Assembly (NCBI RefSeq): GCF_036321535.1
Contig: NC_087436.1
Coordinates: 84,446,001 to 84,510,000, forward strand
Direction: 5' to 3'
Length of the DNA stretch: 64,000 nt
From: Camelus dromedarius
Lineage: Eukaryota
Shown: piece after piece, positions 57,401 to 64,000 of the stretch
Numbering within the stretch: the stretch's first letter is position 1
Layout: each line of letters begins with the position of its first letter
Notes under the pieces: model-generated
Databases searched by the model: none
What the model was told of the DNA's origin: nothing
Seen by the model: only the letters and a program-made list of their open reading frames with translations
Position numbers and translations under genes: made by a program

Positions 57401-60400
57401 GGCTGGTTTCTGGGCCAAGGGCATTCTGTTCGCTGCCTTGTCGTGCTCTGGAGCTGGCGGCTGGCTGCTGGCTGGTGGGGGCCGGGGCTGGCCTGCAGGA
57501 GGGGAATGGCTGGAAGGGCTTTCAGTGAGGTCCTTCCAGGTGGATGGGGCTTGCTTCCTCTCCAGGGGGAAGGACGGGCCATGCCTAAGGGCCGCAGCCT
57601 CTCTCTCCTTCTCTTCATTTGTGCCCCCCAGGGCCGGTGGCGCCCCATCGATATTGTCCCCCATGCTGCTGTGCCTTTTCTTCTTCTTTTGTTCTGTCTG
57701 CTGGTCACAGTGGAAGCGCAAGGAGTAGTTGGTCCTTCTCAATTTTATTCCAAAAGGGGAGGCTTTTTCCTCTCCACCTGGCATCACGGGGTCTGGCTTT
57801 CCTACACCACCTGTGGTCTCACTGTCCGAAGTGGTCACGGGCTCTGCCTGGGCCACTACTTTCTGCGGAGGGTAAGGAAGGCTTGGAACAAGGAAAGAGG
57901 GAAGGTCTTTGGCAAATTTGTACCCCTCTGTGGTATCCGTTGGCTCCTGGCGCGCCCCCGGTTTCCCTGCAGCCTTCAGGGGCTCATGAGTGTCAGCAGC
58001 AGGGGGCTGGGGCGCCGCCTCTTCGCTGGGTCCCGGCACCAATTTTTTTTTTAAGCTTTCCGGTTCTGTGTTCTGTTTGGAGGCCTCCGCGCCCCCATCA
58101 GGGAATTTCTGCCAGGCAGGCTTAATGGAGAACTTCGCGTTTACCGGCGGGGTCCTCCGGAGGTTCCCGCGGGAATCACATCGGCCCCTGGGAAGGTACT
58201 CATCACCGGGCCGGGCCTGGTCTCTCTCGCTGCGCTGGTCACCCTCTGCGTTCTTCAGGATTCTGGACCGAATGGAAGCCCATTCAGCAAGTGCGGCCAC
58301 ACTGCTCGGAGATTCCTGCGGGGGCCTGGCCTTCCCACCGCCTGCCCGGGGGTCGCCGGGGGCTCGAGGTGGGTTCTCCAGGGCGGGGACATCCACGTGC
58401 TTCTTTTCTTCTGACAAGCCCAGGAGAGACTTGCAAGCTGTGTCCTTGATCTGGCTCAAGTTGACAGCTGGCCCACAGAGCTGTGCTCCCGTGACCAGAA
58501 TGGCCGTGTGGGGGATGCTCAGGGAGGAGGGCAGGGAGTGGGAGGCCGGGCTGGCTTTGGGCGCTTTTGGCTCCTGGGGAGTGGAGGCGAGTCCTGCATC
58601 TTTCATCGGCGTCACCGGGCTCAGATTGACTTTGGGGAAGAGAATTTGCTTCCCTCCTGACGACACCTGGAAAGTGTAGGGTCTGGGCATGGTCTGCCTC
58701 TCATCCACTTCCTGCCATCTGAGTTCCTCCATCTTTCTGTCTGTTTCTGGTGCAGCAGCTTCTTTCTTCTCCCGTGGAGCCAGCGTCTCTTCCAACTGTG
58801 CCTCTTGTCTCTGTGGAGGCTGTGCATTGGTTTCTTCTCTCTTTTCCTGATGTCCGCAACGATCATCCCCGGGAACATCGCCCTGCTTTCCCTGCTGCTC
58901 TCCAGATGGCTCGGCGGCCACTGGGCTCTGCTTCTCGCAAATACTTGGTTCCTCAGGGTTTTCTCTTGGCTTCTTGAGTTTCAGGTGTTTGTGTTCTTCT
59001 AGCTTCTCTGCAAAGTCGCTCTGAAATGGGCTCCTCAAGCCCCTTTTGTGGTCCAGCTGCGGCGGATGCTCCTCTTCCCCTCTCGGTGCTTCCCGAAGCT
59101 TCTTTTCCGCTTCCTGCCTCCTCTTTGCCTCCATGTCCTCCCACTTCCTCAGCTCTTCCCTCCTCTTCGCCTCCTCCTCTTCCTGCCGCCTCTGCAGCTC
59201 CAGTTCTTCCTGCCTTCTGAGGTCCTCCATTCGTTTTTCCTCTGCCTCCTGCCGCCTCTGCTCTTCCTCCTCCTCCCGCCGCCGCTGCTCCTCCTCCTCC
59301 CGCCGCCTCTGCTCCTCCTCCTCCCGCCGCCTCTGCTCCTGCTTCTCCTCCTCCTGCCGCCTGAGCTCCTCCAACTCCTGCCGCCTGAGCTCCTCCAGCC
59401 TCTTCTCCTCTTCCAGCCGCTGCTTCTCGGCCTCCTGCTGTCTCTGCTCCTCCAGCTCCTCCAGTCTTCTGAGTTCCTTCAACTCTCTTTCCTCCTCTTC
59501 CAGCGACTGCCTCGGGGCCTCCCCCGGGCTCAGTGCCTCCGGCTCCTCCTGATGCGCCTCTTCCTCCGGACGCCTCGGCTCCCCGGCCTCCGCGCGCCTT
59601 CCTTCTTCCTGCTCCCTCCGCTCTGGGCCTCGGCAGCCCGGCTCTTCCGGGCTCGGCCTCTCCGCTTCACGCTGCCTCTTTTCTACCTCCTCCTGGACAT
59701 CCCTCTCCTCCTCTCCCTCCCCTTCCTCCTCCAGGAGCTCTTGCTGACGGTTCTCCTCCCACAGCCTCCTCTCCAGGGCCTGGAGTCTCTGTTCTTCCAG
59801 GCGTCGCCTCTCCGCAGCTTCGGCTTTCTGCCGTTTGCACTTGGCCTCAAGCTCTCGCCAGTATTCTTCTTGGCGTCGCCTCTCTTCCTCCGAGTCCAGC
59901 AGCTCTGGCTCCTCTTCATGCCAAATGGGCTTTTCTTCTCTGGGATGTCCGTTCTGGTCCAGGGACAGCTGACGTGGAAGGCCACCATGGTCGTTCTGTC
60001 GATCCTAACATTGGGAAAGGGGACAGAGTTAGCTTGCCTTATGCACGAGCTACCATTACAATCCTAGTCACAATGTGGGGGGCCCTCCTCATCTCAAAAG
60101 GATGGGCAACCTGTCTAAGCAGAGACCCCTAACCTTGGGCATCTCTCACACCAAGAATAAACTGCGGGGGGGGGGGGCACTTCATTTTTGTTTCCTCTCT
60201 CTATGTCATCCTCAGATTCCTTTTTCTTAATACACATGAGTAATCACCGGTAGTCCAGCATGAGGAATATGAGGGGGAAATGAGATTTGCACTTCATCAA
60301 TGTCCCCTGAAACTTGTGACTCAGAAGTCTGCTCTAATCAAACCGAAGAACCTTTGGCTAAGCTGTGGCAGAAGAAAGTGGGCCATCTGTCTGCTGCAAA

Positions 60401-63012
60401 GCAAATGCAGTGTCTGGAGCCCCCGGGAAGGCAGGCCCCTCTCTCTGAGGTCCACCAGCCCCCGGAGGACGAGTCAGAAAGGGTGGTGGGAAGGAAATGG
60501 ACAATTCACCCTTGTTCCCTGCAATAGGGCTACATCCTTGGAAGGGAGAAACCTTGTTCCTCCCATAGGCCCCTCACAGCACCACCCTGCTAGGCAGCAT
60601 TAGTGCCCAGCCAACAAGGGCATCTTCCTGGGCAGCCAGGACATACGTACCCCGATAAGTCGCCTGTGCTTCTTTGACACCCTCTGGTTTTTTGGCTTAA
60701 CGGACAGTTTGTGCTTGGCGGCACTGTTGTCCAGGCGAGCGATGGCCAGGGGGATGGCATCTAGGTTGACACTTTCGATGGTGCCAGCAGAAGAGAAGTG
60801 CCTTTTTGGCCGAGACGGTTTTAATGGAGCAACCTACAGTGGAGATGGAAATACGCCGTCAGCTCGCCCAGCCCGGACCTACCCAGGCGATGCTGGCCAG
60901 CAGGGGGCGCCCACGGGCATAGTGAAATGAGCACTGCTTATCAAAAGACGTTGAGTATTTGTTTTGTTGGTGACAATTTGTATTAACTTGTAAAGGCCAT
61001 TTAATCTTTCAGGGACTAGTTTTCCTCCTCTCAGTGATATGGGGGTTAGATTAGATCAGGAGTCAATAAGACATACCTAGAGGGTCCAATTATGCCCAAA
61101 GCCTGTTTGGGTAAGGAAAGTTTTGCTGGTACACAGCCACATCATTGTTCTTGGCTGCTTCTGCACTACAAAGGAAGCGCAGAACAAAGGAGAGTCTGCT
61201 AGTTGCAACGTTGTGGCCCCAAGGTCTAAAATAAGTAGCAGTTTGCTGTGCCCTGGACTAGCTCATCTGTATGCTAAGAACTCTTAAGTGCCTTCCACTG
61301 CCTCAGACATCGTGTGTACATTCCTCAGCTCCTACCTTAGCCTCTTTAGGACAGGGAATATTTCATTTTCACATCTGTATCAGTCTTCTTTACGCCCAAG
61401 TAGCACATTTCACTTGGTAAGTGCTCAATAAATATTTGTTGAAAGAATGAAGGAACAATAAAGTATAACCTCTGTGCCTAGGGCATAAAATTCCTAAGCA
61501 GCAAAAATGTTTTTGCACAATCACTCCAAAGTCACCGAGCACTGAAGCTCACCTAGAAGGGAAAAGGAGGAAGCCTGGGTGAGGACATGAAGGGCAGAAA
61601 TGTGCCACACACAGGGGAGGGGCAATTCTTCAAAGGATGGACTGCACCATGCTTGCAGGTCTATAATACAGATGGGGTCACTTAAAAACCACAACCTCGG
61701 ATCAACTATGCACATTTAGTTAGGTCAGAGGGACTGTGGCTCAGAAGCCACACTGAATCAGATGGTAAGAAGCTACGCCTGTAACTACAGAGAATTCTTA
61801 GGCCAGCAGCAAAGGCAAGGGCTCCTGGCAACACCACGCACTGTGCAGCAGAGGGCGCTCTTGGCAGCTCAGACACAGGTGCAGCACCCACTGAGGCCAA
61901 GGTTCATCTGTGAGTGCAGGGTCATTGGGGTTGAGCCGATGGCTTTGCTTTTTGCAGTTACCTTCCCTATTTATGCACAAAGTAAAAGGACCCAGCTAGC
62001 TGCAGGAATGAAATGAGAGCTCAGTAAACATTAATTTATGACAAGAAGCATGGAGGTAAGGAAAAATAATTCCAGGCTTAGGTCTCCTAAGCCTTTATTT
62101 ATTTATGGTTATCTTTATAATAGGTGTCAAATTCTGAACTACTGTTGATGAGAAATGAATTAAACATTTATTTCCATCCCCTAATGGATGCGTGAGTAAA
62201 AGGAGTTAGAGCCAAATGTGATAGATTGAAGACACAGACAGAACAACTGAAGCTGAGATTCATATGCAATATTCTGCTTCTAGTTAGTCAAGCCGGGCCT
62301 CTTCGTCATCTAGGTGGTGGAATTGTCTTGAGCCACCCCCTTCAGAAGACTTGGGGACAGGACCTGTCCCCAGACTATCTGTCAATCCCCAGGAGGACAC
62401 CTGGACCCCAGTGCAGGTGACAAATCCTCATGAGAGTGGACCGGCCTCTGCAGAAAAGGTGCACGTGATCTCCACAGGGCGCCCTAGACTCCTGCAGGTC
62501 AAGTCCAGGTTTCAATGCAATGTTAAAAACCAAAAATACAGACAAGGAGAGAAATGCTAAGTTCTTTTTTTTTTTTTTTTTTTTTTTTTGCATCTCTAAA
62601 TAAGAGACCCTTTACCTTCAGGTGTTCTGGAATGTCTTTTTTTAATGGCTTACCAGTGTCTTGAAGTACAAGATATATTGAGGAAAACTACCAATACCTG
62701 AGACTCCAAACACAGGCATGCCGGGAGTGTGGCTATTTTTCTGAGCTGGGTTCAGTTCCAGCAGTTGCATCGCCGTGGAAACAGACACTCCAACATCTAC
62801 CACTGGTTGCATTTTGAAGGAATTTAAAGAAGTGGATAAAGACAGCATTTATGAATGGAAAAATGAGGCAGCAGATCACCCAAAAAAAGGAAAAATGGAA
62901 GTTAAAGTAAGGACGCTAAATACGTAAGTTCAAATCATATTACCTTCTCTTCCATCTCACTTCTGGCTCCAGGCAGGTTCAGAGGACTCGGAGAACTTGG
63001 CGTCTCACTGGT
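48320..63012 (-). CDS. CRACD: Capping protein-inhibiting regulator of actin dynamics (KIAA1211), 5'-partial: complement(join(48320..48480,50445..50607,51182..51372,57097..60004,60651..60833,62944..63012))
   Basis: The spliced translation [89 protein letters not shown]...[16 protein letters not shown]...[16 protein letters not shown]...|VSGSLLP...[12 protein letters not shown]...[11 protein letters not shown] matches mammalian KIAA1211 as recalled. Introns are GT-AG and phases are consistent. Confidence 0.95.
49630..50295 (+). mobile_element. Probable solo LTR interrupted by a MER63-like hAT relic (~50069-50259)
   Basis: LTR-like TATA/poly(A) context (cctaatataag...gttaataaacc). The insert has catatttacaccacggaaaatggcaaat..tacaaatcag and a ...acaccattg end typical of MER63, by recall. 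Confidence 0.5.
50445..50607 (-). CDS. CRACD: CRACD coding exon
   Basis: cacccag|[22 protein letters not shown]...[12 protein letters not shown]; donor G|gtaagg. Confidence 0.92.
51182..51372 (-). CDS. CRACD: CRACD coding exon
   Basis: ccccacag|; [14 protein letters not shown]...[18 protein letters not shown]...LSKEN; donor gtgagt. Confidence 0.94.
51391..52106 (+). mobile_element. MER21-like solo LTR in a CRACD intron
   Basis: Starts tatgatattgtgatatacagtaagaaatacatatttgg; contains ggactgagcccttaacctgtgggatctgatgctatctcc; flanked by agac (51387-51390) and agac (52107-52110). Confidence 0.7.
52740..52945 (+). mobile_element. MIR SINE relic
   Basis: gcagacctgggtttga...gttttctaatccatacaatggagatg..cctcattaggctgctgtgaagattaaaagag..tttagaacagtgcttggcataaagtg. 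Confidence 0.6.
54750..55225 (+). mobile_element. L1 ORF2 C-terminal fragment
   Basis: ORF 54825-55043 ([13 protein letters not shown]...[10 protein letters not shown]...KWCSHYGK) is L1 ORF2p C-terminal sequence. Confidence 0.8.
55291..55530 (+). mobile_element. Isolated L1-like 5' UTR start
   Basis: gggggttccggttcaagacggtg...aggatcctgaactcccctccttccacagacacactgaatttacag resembles mammalian L1 5' ends, by recall. Confidence 0.5.
57097..60004 (-). CDS. CRACD: CRACD large coding exon (2908 nt; E/R-rich and P-rich regions)
   Basis: Acceptor aatgttag|GATCGA. I read the frame open from 60004 into the 797-aa ORF (59482-57089); donor G|gtgcgt at 57096. Confidence 0.94.
59250..59400 (-). repeat. 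Coding minisatellite (24-bp units) in CRACD
   Basis: Near-identical units encode (QRRREEEE)x3 and (EELRRQE.)x2. Confidence 0.85.
60651..60833 (-). CDS. CRACD: CRACD coding exon (conserved N-terminal motif [10 protein letters not shown])
   Basis: actgtag|[12 protein letters not shown]...KKHRRLIG|gtacgt; 183 nt. Confidence 0.93.
61058..61255. mobile_element. MER58-like hAT relic
   Basis: gcctgtttgggtaaggaaagttttgctggtacacagccac...ggctgcttctgcactaca...agtttgctgtgccctg. Confidence 0.55.
62944..63012 (-). CDS. CRACD: CRACD coding exon (69 nt)
   Basis: gttccag|[23 protein letters not shown]|gtaata. Confidence 0.88.
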
Positions 63013-64000
63013 CTGGAACAGTAGAGAGAGCGCTCCAGTCACAAGCTAGGACAGGAAGTGCCGGGCGGGTAACCAGGCACTCAGTGTCTGTGCTGGCGAG
63101 GGCCGCCCCTCCCCCACGCAGGGGACTCTGCTGATGTCCAGACTCCACCGGGGCTCCTGAGGCTCAGTGTGCAAGCCCCTCTTCCCCGAGCCAACACGTT
63201 TCCCAGCCAGGTGGCCTCCAACTGCCGCCCTTGAGGTGTTTCCCCACTGCTGAGAGAATCTGGGGTGCTGCCCTGCCGCCACCCTACCTGGGAAGTTGGC
63301 TCCAACCTCAGAGCTTCCAGCTTTGCTGGCTGCCTCCCACCCCCTTCATCTGCCAGACCTTTTCTCCATGAGAAGGAAAGAGGGCCATTTCAATGGTACA
63401 CAGGGGCTGGGCTGAGAAGGTGGCTGACCAGAGGAGGCGAGAAAGCCCAGGAAGGAAGGAACGGAAGGAAGGAAGGAAAAGAAAAAGGGCGACAATTCAC
63501 ACCCCATGCACCTTGCCTGCCCTGGGTACACACACCTCATGTCATCTGCACCAGCGACACCTTCTGTCTTGCATCACCCATTTTTACAAAAGGGTCTCAC
63601 GGTCCATTCCAGAGCCCTAACATCAGCATGCTCTACCTCAATTCATTTTCTACATCACACTTAGTTGCATCTTTAGAAAACACAAATCAGATTATGTTGC
63701 TACCCTGATTAAAATTACTATTACTTTTTGAACAGAATGCACCCCTTCTCCAGTGGTCTACACAATCCAGCCTCCATATTGTGCTCTACCCAGCCCTGCC
63801 CTCGTCCACACTGGCCTGCTTTCTGTTCCTCCTTCAGGACAAGCCCACCTCATCTCTGGGCCTATGAACTTGCTCTTCCTTCAGCCTAGAACACCCCTCA
63901 CCCCCGCTCCCCCAGATCTGCTTACGCAGTTCTGACCTCCTTATCTAAGGAAGCAGCCTGTCTCCAACCACATCACTCACTTTTCAGTTATCCTGCTTTA

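Noticed and set aside
57134..60132. Long plus-strand ORFs (306, 229, 339, 199 and 168 aa) opposite the CRACD large exon
   Set aside because: These are shadow ORFs of a GC-rich, low-complexity coding exon. The L/P/S-rich translations simply mirror GAG/CGG codons, and there is no independent promoter or splice evidence.
1..64000. CRISPR array, prokaryotic operon, or minor-spliceosome (U12) introns
   Set aside because: No regularly spaced repeat-spacer structure; the sequence is intron-rich mammalian DNA; none of the mapped donors matches RTATCCTTT.

Overview
This is mammalian genomic DNA, most likely camelid (alpaca or camel), judged from two Vic-1-type tRNA-derived SINEs. It has the PPAT(+)/AASDH(+)/CRACD(-) gene order known from human 4q12. 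The window holds the last four coding exons and 3' UTR of PPAT (1-~6500) and the complete AASDH gene: a CpG promoter near 11.7 kb, non-coding exon 1, and 14 coding exons at 14469-37323 totalling 3300 nt, or 1099 aa (an NRPS-like adenylation/carrier/beta-propeller enzyme). It also holds a ~6.9-kb composite L1 (38.5-45.4 kb), the last six coding exons and 3' UTR of CRACD/KIAA1211 on the minus strand, and many LTR, L1, MIR, L2 and DNA-transposon relics. I found no new multi-gene system. The best candidates for undescribed features are local: (1) an in-frame, diverged 69-bp tandem duplication in the last PPAT exon abutting the Fe-S-ligating CxxC motif; (2) a SINE whose target-site duplication copied an AASDH splice donor; (3) a 35-nt tailless U2 snRNA retrocopy with 15-bp TSDs; (4) an L1 with two tandem 5'UTR/ORF1 modules; (5) an LTR inserted 18 nt from a CRACD splice acceptor; (6) an expanded E/R repeat tract in CRACD. 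Gene and repeat identities come from my recall of orthologues and consensus sequences, not from database searches. Repeat family names and boundaries are approximate.
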